64,000 nucleotides of DNA from Oscillospiraceae bacterium (lineage in GTDB: Bacteria; Bacillota; Clostridia; Oscillospirales; Ruminococcaceae). Below, piece after piece: positions 28,291-37,282 of the stretch. The notes below the pieces were generated by a model. The model worked only from the letters and a program-made list of their open reading frames with translations, was not told where the DNA came from and searched no databases. The DNA lies in NCBI GenBank assembly GCA_045591925.1, contig JAZNTW010000013.1:13776-77775 (forward strand). The letters run 5' to 3'. The position numbers and the translations under genes were made by a program. Numbering within the stretch: position 1 is the first letter of the stretch; every line of letters begins with the position of its first letter.

Positions 28291-29179
28291 CCTTATTTTC
28301 CCGCCTTCCTATTACAAGCCCGCCAAACACCTGTCCGATAGCGACACCGTTATCCTTTGCCACAATATTAAACTGAGCTACTGATTGCTGCTGTGTGGTT
28401 GGGTCAGTAAATGGGGCTTCATAAACTTCCACTCGTGGTTGCTCTTCCGCATTCACTTCTTCCGCTTCAACTACATCGTTCTCAGGTTTGTTCATTTCTT
28501 TCGTCTGCTCCTCCACAATGATCTCATTCTTCACTGTGAGCTTCTGCGATCTTTGGGTGCCGATATCTGTTGTGATTATTCGCGGACTGTTATCACCGGC
28601 TTCCTTAGTCCAGGTCTCATATGTATCAGCTCCTTCTTTAGTGTCTGGATGGCTGAGCAGAATATTATTCCAAACTGAAAGCAGAAAGTTTTGAAGTACG
28701 ATTTCCCTGACGGTATCAAGCTGTGCTTTGCTTACAATTTGACTGCCGATATCGAACTCACCGTCAATACTGTCATCTTCAAGTATGAGGTCAATCATTC
28801 CAGCTACAAGAAGTGCCATTGATGACTGGCTGAGATCAAGATACTTCTGACAGAACTTGTCCATCTCACACAGTACCGTTCCTTTCTCATTTCTAATCCG
28901 TAAATTCAGTCCATTCTTATAAGTAACATTATCAAATGGAAGATAACTAGGACTGTTAGGTGGACTGCCTGCCAAATATTTAGAGAAATATGATGCGAGC
29001 GTCTTGGGCTTGTTGGCTTGGTATGCCGGATTAGCTAATTTCAGAAGATCCCGGAGCATATTTGGCTTGGTAACACCGTCTTTGCTGTCTCCGTACTCTT
29101 GCTGTGTGGTCAATGTCTGATTTCCAGAACGCAACAACAGCAGTAAAAATGTATTGCCCCTTAATCGATTCAAAGCCAA
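28283..29179 (-). CDS. Hypothetical protein P1; acidic linker and C-terminal DNGVAIG motif
   Basis: 298-aa ORF with a TTG start after GAAAGGTG. First gene of the four-gene operon. Confidence 0.6.
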   Translation of the reverse strand: MALNRLRGNTFLLLLLRSGNQTLTTQQEYGDSKDGVTKPNMLRDLLKLANPAYQANKPKTLASYFSKYLAGSPPNSPSYLPFDNVTYKNGLNLRIRNEKGTVLCEMDKFCQKYLDLSQSSMALLVAGMIDLILEDDSIDGEFDIGSQIVSKAQLDTVREIVLQNFLLSVWNNILLSHPDTKEGADTYETWTKEAGDNSPRIITTDIGTQRSQKLTVKNEIIVEEQTKEMNKPENDVVEAEEVNAEEQPRVEVYEAPFTDPTTQQQSVAQFNIVAKDNGVAIGQVFGGLVIGRRENKDE

Positions 29180-29252
29180 TCACACCTTTCAACTAAATAA
29201 ACAGAATAAACTGCATAAATCACATTGCAATAAACTCAATCAATGATTTAAT

Positions 29253-29289
29253 AGCTTCAGAGAAGAAAACCTCTGAGGCTATTTTTATT
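29253..29289 (+). terminator. Rho-independent-terminator-like hairpin at the compositional junction
   Basis: AGCTTCAGAG / CTCTGAGGCT form a 10-bp stem with one G-T wobble and an 8-nt loop, followed by ATTTTTATT. Confidence 0.45.
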
Positions 29290-29366
29290 GCCTCAGCTGT
29301 CTCTTTCATTATATCACAGTCTCAGGGAAAAAGCCAGAGGCAAATCAGAAAAAAGGAGAAAATATT

Positions 29367-30122
29367 ATGAACATTGTTATTAACGGCACAGTTGCTCAGC
29401 CCCACATTTACATCTGCAGCCCCCTCCGCCCCGTTTCCACCGGCTCGATTCTCCGCGCCAACGAGCTGATCGACAATCTGAAGCTCGCCAAGGACACCTG
29501 CACCTTCGCAGCCCTCCGCGGCTGTGATCCGGTCGCACCACACCTCTTCTACCCGCAGTTCCTGAACGATGAGGACGAGGTTGAGCGTGCGCTCGGCATG
29601 GAGCTGGGGCTTAAGGCTCTGAGAAGCTGTGACGAGCTTTGGATCATTTCTCCCCGCATCAGCAGCGGCATGAGCGCCGAGATCAAGGAAGCACAGAAGT
29701 GCGGGATAAAAGTTCTTGTGTTCACTGCCGCCGGATTCCGTAAGTACACCGGCAACGGCGATATGACCGACAACTGCTACGCTGATACCGCAGACGGCGT
29801 GATTGATCAGAAGAAAGAACCCAGAACGCTTCGTGACCTGATTTCGGCGGTTGATGCACATAAAGGTACAAAAAAGAACTTGCTTGCATCCTACGATGAC
29901 GGTGATCTGAAAATGGAAGTATACAGTGAAGGAACTGTTGCTGCGAGAAGGCATAACCGCAGAACCTCCTTCAAACTTGCCAACTGCACCGATTATCAGT
30001 ATCACTCTGCTGTTGTGGAGGACGGGGGTGCAACACCTACACACATCGATGCTGAGACATTTCTGGACGAGCAATGGGAAATTCGTCTTTTAATGGAGGC
30101 TGAAGACCGTTTCGTGAAGTAA
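29367..30122 (+). CDS. DUF4406-like (nucleoside deoxyribosyltransferase-like fold) protein with extra C-terminal domain
   Basis: AAAAGGAG upstream. IYICSPLRP...APHLFYPQFL...CDELWIISPRISSGMSAEIKEAQKCGIKV follows the pattern I associate with DUF4406 phage proteins. Confidence 0.5.
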   Translation: MNIVINGTVAQPHIYICSPLRPVSTGSILRANELIDNLKLAKDTCTFAALRGCDPVAPHLFYPQFLNDEDEVERALGMELGLKALRSCDELWIISPRISSGMSAEIKEAQKCGIKVLVFTAAGFRKYTGNGDMTDNCYADTADGVIDQKKEPRTLRDLISAVDAHKGTKKNLLASYDDGDLKMEVYSEGTVAARRHNRRTSFKLANCTDYQYHSAVVEDGGATPTHIDAETFLDEQWEIRLLMEAEDRFVK

Positions 30123-30355
30123 GAATCAGATTATAAACCAATTACAATATTACATTTGTTAGTCAGGGCGCGCACTGGCGGACAGATGCTCATAACGGAA
30201 ACAACCAAGACAGCCTGTGGTCTGCATAGACCATATCAGGTGTAATGGGTGTATCCGTGTGTACATCTGCTGCCTGCGTGCCCTTTTGTTATGGGGTAGC
30301 AGTCTGCGCTGTGGGCATCTGCCGCTTAGTGTGTTCCTTGCAGAAAGGAACGATT

Positions 30356-31087
30356 ATGGAAAACATGAATATTGCTCAGAACGCTGCTGCACTCCCTGTC
30401 ATCACCGATAAGACTACGCTCGGTGAGTTGCTTGCTATGCTCGCCCTCGGTGAGAAGCCCCCTGTGCCGACACCGAGAGAGCTGTTCGAGACGCTCGGCA
30501 CACCGATTGCCGACATGAACGACTGCATTCTCTTCAGCAATGGCTTTGCAATCTACCAGAACTGTACTGGGCGCACTGTTGTCTGGCTCCCGTACTGCAC
30601 GAGCTTCACCTACTATTTTAATAAGTTGCGAGATGCAGAAAAGGACACACTCTCTGAGAACTATGAACTGCCGGAAGGATTCTTGGAGACGCAGCCGTGG
30701 GTGATCGCAGTGACGCTGATTGGGGATTACCGCATTGAGCGCAACAGCATGAATCGCACAGGCAGCCGCAAGGATACAGTTGATCTTGCAAGCAAGGACA
30801 AGGGCGACAAGGACGGCGAAATGGAAGAGATCATCGCCGATCCGTTCCGCAGAGCGTTCAACTGGTATGACGGTCACATGGGTGAGAATCCGCAGGATGC
30901 TGTTGAGCGCCGTGAGACCAGAGAAGAAATGCTGGCAGCAATGACGGACAAGCAGAGAGAAGTATTCATTATGTATTACAGAGATGGGATGACACAGGAT
31001 CAGATTGCAGAGGTTATCGGTATTTCACGCCGCACTCTCAGAGAACATCTTACATGTGCTTTGGAAAGGGTGAAAAAATTTTTTTGA
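30356..31087 (+). CDS. Sigma-70 region-4-type DNA-binding protein (element-encoded sigma-like factor)
   Basis: ATG at 30356 after AAAGGAA. C-terminal MTDKQREVFIMYYRDGMTQDQIAEVIGISRRTLREHLTCALERVKK is a sigma region-4 HTH. Confidence 0.7.
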   Translation: MENMNIAQNAAALPVITDKTTLGELLAMLALGEKPPVPTPRELFETLGTPIADMNDCILFSNGFAIYQNCTGRTVVWLPYCTSFTYYFNKLRDAEKDTLSENYELPEGFLETQPWVIAVTLIGDYRIERNSMNRTGSRKDTVDLASKDKGDKDGEMEEIIADPFRRAFNWYDGHMGENPQDAVERRETREEMLAAMTDKQREVFIMYYRDGMTQDQIAEVIGISRRTLREHLTCALERVKKFF

Positions 31088-31091
31088 AGTA

Positions 31092-31134
31092 GACCCGCCA
31101 TTTAGCCCTCTCCCACGACAATATATGAGAGGGC
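31092..31134 (+). repeat. Copy A of a 43-nt conserved motif with internal hairpin (second copy at 43590-43631)
   Basis: GACCCGCCATTTAGCCCTCTCCCACGACAATATATGAGAGGGC. Stem GCCCTCTC/GAGAGGGC. Preceded by an A6T7 run. Confidence 0.7.
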
Positions 31135-31228
31135 TTGAAAAAACCTCCAACGAAAGAACGGCTGCGGCAGATACTGTGGCCGTTCTCTATTACATTGGTC
31201 GCAAGACCAAAACAGAAAGGAAATGCTT

Positions 31229-31627
31229 ATGCCTATTGAAAACAGAGTCCCGAAGAACCGCTACAACGGCAGCGGCACCAACACCGAGAGCCGTAAGGCG
31301 CAGCAGACCGCAGGCACGGCTGACCGCAAGCCGGACACGCTGAAGAAGATCGAGGCGGAGATGGACAAGCGTGCTGCTGACATCGCAATCACCGTCAGCG
31401 ATATGTTCAAGTTCATGGCGATGACGGCTGCAATGCTCCCGAACATGGAGCTGGATACCGGCCTCTTCCGCTTGAAGGTCGATGATGGCGGCATCTTCTT
31501 CGAGATCAACCATCCGTTCCGCAAGCGTAAGGAGCGTGACACCAGCGAGGACTGCGATGGCTGCACAGAGGAGCCGGACAACGATGACGATGATGAGGAG
31601 GAGGGACTGATTTATGACGGAGACTGA
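31229..31627 (+). CDS. Hypothetical protein with acidic C-terminus
   Basis: ATG after AGAAAGGAAA; 132 aa; DNDDDDEEE tail. Confidence 0.6.
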   Translation: MPIENRVPKNRYNGSGTNTESRKAQQTAGTADRKPDTLKKIEAEMDKRAADIAITVSDMFKFMAMTAAMLPNMELDTGLFRLKVDDGGIFFEINHPFRKRKERDTSEDCDGCTEEPDNDDDDEEEGLIYDGD

Positions 31628-32108
31628 AAAGAAATTCCCTGTGCCGGGACCGGTTCCCGTGGACGCAAAGAAGCTGATTGACGGGCTCGGTACGATCTTC
31701 GGCGGTGTCATCCAGCTTCTGGCAGCAATGGAGCCGAACATGGCAAAGGAGCTGGCTGACATGGCGATCAACGGTATGCCAAAGGAGACTGCGCCGGAGG
31801 AAATCAATCCGGATGACTTCGAGGAGATCATTTCTGCCGATGATCTGCCGTGGGATACTGAGCCGGAGCAGCCCGAAGAGCCGAAACCTGCAGAAAAGCC
31901 CAAGCCGAAGAAGGCTGCAAAGAAGGCGGAGCCGCCCACGGAGCTGACTACCGATGACCTGATCCGTGTGGTGACGCAGAAGATCAAGCAAAACCGCGCC
32001 AACAAGGAAAAGGTGCTGGCATTGCTGAAATCCTACGGAGCAGCGAAAGTCAGCGATATTCCTGCGGACAAGTACGAGGCGTTCCTCACTGACCTGTCGC
32101 AGCTCTGA
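31614..32108 (+). CDS. Hypothetical protein with Pro/Lys/Glu-rich linker
   Basis: 164-aa ORF overlapping the previous stop, in the co-directional module. Confidence 0.6.
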   Translation: MTETEKKFPVPGPVPVDAKKLIDGLGTIFGGVIQLLAAMEPNMAKELADMAINGMPKETAPEEINPDDFEEIISADDLPWDTEPEQPEEPKPAEKPKPKKAAKKAEPPTELTTDDLIRVVTQKIKQNRANKEKVLALLKSYGAAKVSDIPADKYEAFLTDLSQL

Positions 32109-32122
32109 TCGGAGGTGGCACC

Positions 32123-33370
32123 ATGCCGGATGTTCATGCGCTGTTGAGCGCATCCAGTTCCAAGCAGTGGCTGCACTGTCCGCCGTCGGTACGCCTGCAG
32201 GAGAACTTTCCGAATGAAAGCTCCGTCTACGCCGAGGAAGGCACATTCGCTCATGAGGTCTGCGAATACAAGCTTTGCAAGTATCTGAAGGAGCGTGTGA
32301 AGCGTCCGCAGTCCGAGGAATACGACACAGAGGAAATTGAGCAGATCACCGATGTGTACGCAGAGTTCGTCATTTCTATCATCGAGCAGATGAAGGAGAA
32401 TGGCTGTGAACCTCTTGCTTTTGTGGAGGAGCGTGTAGATTACAGCCACATCGCCCCTTCCGGCTTCGGTACTGCGGATATGCTTATTATCGGCAAGGAT
32501 GAGCAGGGGCGCGGAATCCTTCATGTATGTGATTTCAAGACGGGTGCCGGAGTCTTTGTTGACGCTGACCACAACAGTCAGATGATGCTCTACGCGATCG
32601 GGGCTTTAGCCGCCTATGGCTTTTTGTATGATATCGAGATCGTGCGTATGAGCATTATCCAGCCCCGTCTTGATAATATCAGCACATTCGAGTGCAGCAG
32701 ACAGGAACTTGAGGACTGGGGCGAGAGTATCAAGCCCATTGCGAAACTTGCCTACGAGGGCAAAGGCGAACAGCATCCCGGCGACTGGTGCCGCTTCTGC
32801 CGTGCAAAGCCTGTCTGCAAGGCGTGCGCCGATGAAGCACTGGCTCTCTGCCGGGAGGATTTCCTTGATCTTGATGCCGGAGCATTCGATGATACCGCAG
32901 AGGAATCGGATATGACTGCTCCCTATGAAGCGGACACACAGACCGCCGTTTTCAAGCAGCCGGGACTGATTCCTATCAGTGAGCTTGCAGAGATTCTTCC
33001 GACGCTGAACAGGATTTCCTCTTGGATCGAGGCGGTATTCGCATTCGTATCCTCCGAGGCGATCAATCACGGTGTACCGATTCCTGGCTATAAGGTGGTC
33101 GAAGGGCGCAGCAAGCGTGTATTCACAGATACAAAAGCTGTGGTGGATACCGCTGTACAGAACGGCTACACCGACCTATACAAGCAGACGCTCATCACGC
33201 TGACGGAATTTGAAAAGATGATGGGCAAGAAAAAGTTCAACGAGCTGCTCGGTGAGTATGTCGCCAAACCGCCTGGAAAGCTGGCGCTGGTGCCGGAGAG
33301 CGATCCGAGAGAACCCGTTGATCTCTCAACACCTGGTCAGGAGTTTTCCGTCCTGCCTGACGAACAATAA
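32123..33370 (+). CDS. DUF2800-family PD-(D/E)xK nuclease (Cas4-like, Cys cluster)
   Basis: N-terminal LSASSSKQWLHCPPS and later CRFCRAKPVCKAC are typical of DUF2800 phage exonucleases. Confidence 0.75.
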   Translation: MPDVHALLSASSSKQWLHCPPSVRLQENFPNESSVYAEEGTFAHEVCEYKLCKYLKERVKRPQSEEYDTEEIEQITDVYAEFVISIIEQMKENGCEPLAFVEERVDYSHIAPSGFGTADMLIIGKDEQGRGILHVCDFKTGAGVFVDADHNSQMMLYAIGALAAYGFLYDIEIVRMSIIQPRLDNISTFECSRQELEDWGESIKPIAKLAYEGKGEQHPGDWCRFCRAKPVCKACADEALALCREDFLDLDAGAFDDTAEESDMTAPYEADTQTAVFKQPGLIPISELAEILPTLNRISSWIEAVFAFVSSEAINHGVPIPGYKVVEGRSKRVFTDTKAVVDTAVQNGYTDLYKQTLITLTEFEKMMGKKKFNELLGEYVAKPPGKLALVPESDPREPVDLSTPGQEFSVLPDEQ

Positions 33371-33390
33371 CACATTTTGGAGGTATTTCA

Positions 33391-33975
33391 ATGGCAACTA
33401 CGAACAATACAGCACCCGCAACGAAGGTCATCGTCCCGTGCCGCATCTCCTTCGCAAACATCTGGGAGGCACGCAGCATCAACGGCAGCGAGGAGAAGTA
33501 TTCCGTTTCTCTGCTGATTCCGAAGGATGACAAGGCAACGCTCGCCAAGATCAAGAAGGCGATCGAGGCCGCAAAGGAGGCGGCGAAGGAGAAGAAGTGG
33601 GGCGGCAAGATTCCGCCGAACCTCAAGCTGCCGATGCATGACGGCGACATCGACCGCCCCGATGACGAGAACTACGCCGGTCACTTCTTCTTCAATGCAA
33701 CAAGCAAGGATGCCCCGCAGATCGTTGACCGTCATGTTCAGCCGATTCTTGATCCGATGGAGTGCGGCAGCGGCGACTACTGCAATGTGTCCGTCAACTT
33801 CTACGGCTTTGCGGCATCCGGCAACAAGGGCATTGCAGCAGGGCTCCAGAACATCCAGCTTGTGCGTCACGGCGAGCGTCTTGCAGGCAGACCGACTGCG
33901 GCATCCGACTTCGTGGAGGTCGAGGGTGACGATGCAGACGATTTTGACGATGACGATATGGATTTCCTGAACTAA
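33391..33975 (+). CDS. DUF2815-family protein (SSB-like, acidic tail)
   Basis: VIVPCRISFANIWEA start pattern. The acidic C-terminal DDADDFDDDDMDFLN resembles SSB tails. Confidence 0.7.
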   Translation: MATTNNTAPATKVIVPCRISFANIWEARSINGSEEKYSVSLLIPKDDKATLAKIKKAIEAAKEAAKEKKWGGKIPPNLKLPMHDGDIDRPDDENYAGHFFFNATSKDAPQIVDRHVQPILDPMECGSGDYCNVSVNFYGFAASGNKGIAAGLQNIQLVRHGERLAGRPTAASDFVEVEGDDADDFDDDDMDFLN

Positions 33976-34034
33976 GGCACAAGGGAGAGGCTATGTTCTC
34001 TCCCTTTTACATACACAAACAGGTGGTGATTCTA

Positions 34035-35990
34035 TTGAGCAGACGTGTACTTTCTATCGACCTTGAGACCTACAGTGATGTTGACCTCCCGAACTGCGGC
34101 GTGTACCGCTATGTTGAGGGAGATTTTCATATTCTGCTGTTCGCCTACGCCTTTGACGATGAGGAGACAAAATGCGTGGATATGGCTTGCGGGGAGCAGC
34201 TCCCGGCAGAGGTCGTAGACGCCATACACAATGAAAATATCATCAAATCTGCGTGGAATGCACAGTTCGAGCGTATCTGTCTTTCAAAGTATTTCGGTAC
34301 ACAGCTTTCTCCGGATGCATGGCAATGCACGATGGTGTGGGCGGCATCGCTCTCCCTCCCGCTGAAGCTGGCAACGGCGGCGCAGGCTCTGAAAACTGCA
34401 CAGCAGAAGGATGCTGTCGGTGAACGGCTGATCCGGTACTTCTCCATTCCCTGCAAGCCGACGAAAGCCAATGGCGGCAGAACCCGAAATCTTCCGGAAC
34501 ACGCTCCCGATGACTGGAAGCTGTTCAAAAGCTACTGTATTCAGGATGTGGAAACAGAAAGGGATATCCGCCGGAGACTTGAAAAGTTTCCGCTGATGCC
34601 GCAGGAATGGGATTTTTACCACATGGATCAGCGCATCAATGACCGCGGCATCCTGATCGACAGAGAGCTTGTGCAGCAGGCGATCATCTGCAATATGGCG
34701 ATGTCCGAGGAGATGACCAAGAGAGCCTACGCCCTCACTGGTCTGGAGAATCCGAATTCTGTATCTCAGTTGAAGTCATGGCTGGAAGATCGCGGCATCG
34801 AGGTAGATTCCCTCGGTAAGAAAAATGTCGCATCACTTATCACAGACCTTGACAAGCACAGCGCTGACGGTGAAGCTCTCGACATGATGAAGCTGCGGTT
34901 GCAGATGGCGAAATCATCTGTGAAAAAATATCAGGCGGCAGAGAGATACATCTGCACAGATGGCAGAGCGCACGGTCTGTTCCAGTTCTCCGGCGCAAAC
35001 CGCACGCAGCGATGGGCAGGGCGCGGCATTCAGTTACAGAATCTACCGCAGAACCATATTGCAACACTTGACGAAGCCCGTGATCTCGTGAAGCTCGGCT
35101 GCTTTGACATGATCGAGGTACTGTACGGAAACACACCGGATATCCTGTCACAGCTTATCCGCACCATGCTGATACCGAAAGACGGCTGTGAATTCATCGT
35201 AGCTGACTTCTCTGCTATTGAAGCCCGTGTTCTTGCATGGCTTGCCGGAGAGCAATGGCGGCTGGATGCATTCAAAGCCGGACAGGACATTTACTGTGCA
35301 TCGGCATCGCAGATGTTTGGTGTGCCTGTGGTGAAACACGGCATTAACGGCGAACTTCGGCAGAAAGGTAAAGTCGCAGAGCTTGCCTGCGGATACGGCG
35401 GCGGTTCCGGCGCTCTCATTTCTATGGGCGCACTGGATATGGGACTGAAAGAGGACGAGCTGCCGGACATCATTTCAAGCTGGCGTGATGCAAATCCAGA
35501 GATCGTGAAATTCTGGTATGCTGTCGAGAAGGCAGCCATTGAGACCGTCAAGGATCACAATGACAGATCTGTCGGTCGCATCGGATTTCAGTTTTCAGCA
35601 AATACACTGTGGATCGTGCTTCCGTCAGGACGCAGGCTTGCCTACATCAAACCAAAATTACAGCCGAACCGTTTCGGTCGCATGGCACTGACCTTTGAAG
35701 GACTCGGTGCAAACAACAAATGGACACGCGGCGAGACCTACAGCGGAAAGCTGACGGAGAATATCACGCAGGCGACCGCCCGTGACCTTCTTGCAGAAGC
35801 AATGCGCCGGATGGAGATTGCAGGGCTTGGCATTGTCGGCCATGTGCATGATGAGGTCATTCTTGAAGTGCTGAAAGGACAATACACGGTCGATGATGTG
35901 TGCGATATCATGAACCGGAATCCGGCATGGGCGGACGGTCTGCCGCTGTCCTCTGCCGGATATACAGGCAATTATTATTTCAAGGACTAG
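34035..35990 (+). CDS. Family A DNA polymerase with 3'-5' exonuclease domain
   Basis: TTG at 34035 after AGGTGGTGA (alternative ATG at 33993). Exo I LSIDLETYS. Motif A DFSAIEARVLAWLA, motif B RQKGKVAELACGYGG, motif C HVHDEV. Confidence 0.85.
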   Translation: MSRRVLSIDLETYSDVDLPNCGVYRYVEGDFHILLFAYAFDDEETKCVDMACGEQLPAEVVDAIHNENIIKSAWNAQFERICLSKYFGTQLSPDAWQCTMVWAASLSLPLKLATAAQALKTAQQKDAVGERLIRYFSIPCKPTKANGGRTRNLPEHAPDDWKLFKSYCIQDVETERDIRRRLEKFPLMPQEWDFYHMDQRINDRGILIDRELVQQAIICNMAMSEEMTKRAYALTGLENPNSVSQLKSWLEDRGIEVDSLGKKNVASLITDLDKHSADGEALDMMKLRLQMAKSSVKKYQAAERYICTDGRAHGLFQFSGANRTQRWAGRGIQLQNLPQNHIATLDEARDLVKLGCFDMIEVLYGNTPDILSQLIRTMLIPKDGCEFIVADFSAIEARVLAWLAGEQWRLDAFKAGQDIYCASASQMFGVPVVKHGINGELRQKGKVAELACGYGGGSGALISMGALDMGLKEDELPDIISSWRDANPEIVKFWYAVEKAAIETVKDHNDRSVGRIGFQFSANTLWIVLPSGRRLAYIKPKLQPNRFGRMALTFEGLGANNKWTRGETYSGKLTENITQATARDLLAEAMRRMEIAGLGIVGHVHDEVILEVLKGQYTVDDVCDIMNRNPAWADGLPLSSAGYTGNYYFKD

Positions 35991-36002
35991 GAGGATTTTT
36001 CT

Positions 36003-37052
36003 ATGAAACAGGGACGAGCATTACCGGAGGTGCTGACAGAGCTTCAGCGTCAGAATGCTGCAAAGCAGGACTATATCAGTGCGGAGGAGGCATTCAGTCT
36101 GGACGAGGACGGCAGCACCTTCCGCATCGGAGACGATCACAGCTTCGGCACTACACAGCTTTTCCATCGTCAGGTGGCATCGGCACTCGGCATTCCGGCG
36201 AAATACTACGATATGATGCAGAAGCAGAAACCCGATCTTCTGGCAGACAATGTGAATGCATGGTTCAGCGATAAGGGCAGCAGCTACATGGTGCGTACCC
36301 TCGATTACGGCAGCGGACAGGTTGCGAGAGCCTTGCTGTCTGACCGCTACCGCCGTATTGATAACCTTGAAATTGCTTCGGCTGTCCTCCCGATCTTCGC
36401 CGGACAGGAAGGCATGGAGGTCATGAGCTGCGAGGTCACGGAGAATAAACTGTATCTGAAAATTGTCAATCATCGTCTGGAAATGGCTTGTGTCGGTGAC
36501 CGTGTGCAGGCAGGCGTCATCATCTCCAATTCGGAGGTTGGACTCGGTGCTGTGTCTGTTCAGCCGCTTGTCTATACACTTGCCTGCACCAACGGCATGG
36601 TGGTCAACAGTATGGGCGAACGCCGTACCCATGTGGGCAGGGCGGCGAAAGCACTGGAAGACAGTTTCAATATCTACACCGATGAAACACTCGAAGCCGA
36701 AGATAAGGCATTCATGCTGAAACTCCGTGATACCACAATGGCAGCGATTGAAGAGGCTCGTTTCGCTCAGATCGTCGGTGTATTGGAGCAGAGCCACGGT
36801 GCAAAGATCACGGGACGTGTTCAGGATGTCATCGAGCTGACTGGCAAGGCATATGACCTCAATCAGCCGGAACAGGACAGCATTCTGAACTATCTCATCA
36901 AGGGCGGAGACCTCTCCCTCTACGGCTTGAGCAATGCCATCACACGCGCTTCGCAGGATGTAGACTCCTACGACAGAGCCACTGCGCTGGAAGGCATCGG
37001 CTGGCAGGTGGCGACCATGCCGAAAACACAGTGGAAGGAGATCAACGCATGA
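36003..37052 (+). CDS. DUF932-family protein
   Basis: 349-aa ORF with AGGAGGA upstream. The family call rests on overall pattern and position after PolA (recollection, not a motif). Confidence 0.55.
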   Translation: MKQGRALPEVLTELQRQNAAKQDYISAEEAFSLDEDGSTFRIGDDHSFGTTQLFHRQVASALGIPAKYYDMMQKQKPDLLADNVNAWFSDKGSSYMVRTLDYGSGQVARALLSDRYRRIDNLEIASAVLPIFAGQEGMEVMSCEVTENKLYLKIVNHRLEMACVGDRVQAGVIISNSEVGLGAVSVQPLVYTLACTNGMVVNSMGERRTHVGRAAKALEDSFNIYTDETLEAEDKAFMLKLRDTTMAAIEEARFAQIVGVLEQSHGAKITGRVQDVIELTGKAYDLNQPEQDSILNYLIKGGDLSLYGLSNAITRASQDVDSYDRATALEGIGWQVATMPKTQWKEINA

Positions 37053-37282
37053 GCAGAACCTGGAAAGACAGAAAAGGATATAAGACACGCAGGAAACGCC
37101 GCGGGTATCCTGTGCCGGAAATTTGCAATTACACCCGCGGCGGTTATGAAGACTATGACCACAGCGACGAGGAACTGTATGTAGACGACCAGTGCTGTGA
37201 GAATTGCCGTTTCTATGGAAACTGCTGTCATACGCTGTTCCCGTCCGGCTGGTGCGAATACTGGAAGGACGGCAGACATTGA
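37049..37282 (+). CDS. Small Cys-rich protein
   Basis: ATGA overlap with the previous gene. CCENCRFYGNCCH...C cluster. Confidence 0.55.
   Translation: MSRTWKDRKGYKTRRKRRGYPVPEICNYTRGGYEDYDHSDEELYVDDQCCENCRFYGNCCHTLFPSGWCEYWKDGRH

Noticed and set aside
29322-30074. 250-aa minus-strand ORF
   Set aside because: It is antisense to the SD-preceded, motif-bearing plus-strand gene 29367-30122. It has no SD and a low-complexity Gly/Ala/Val-rich translation typical of antisense frames in GC-rich DNA.
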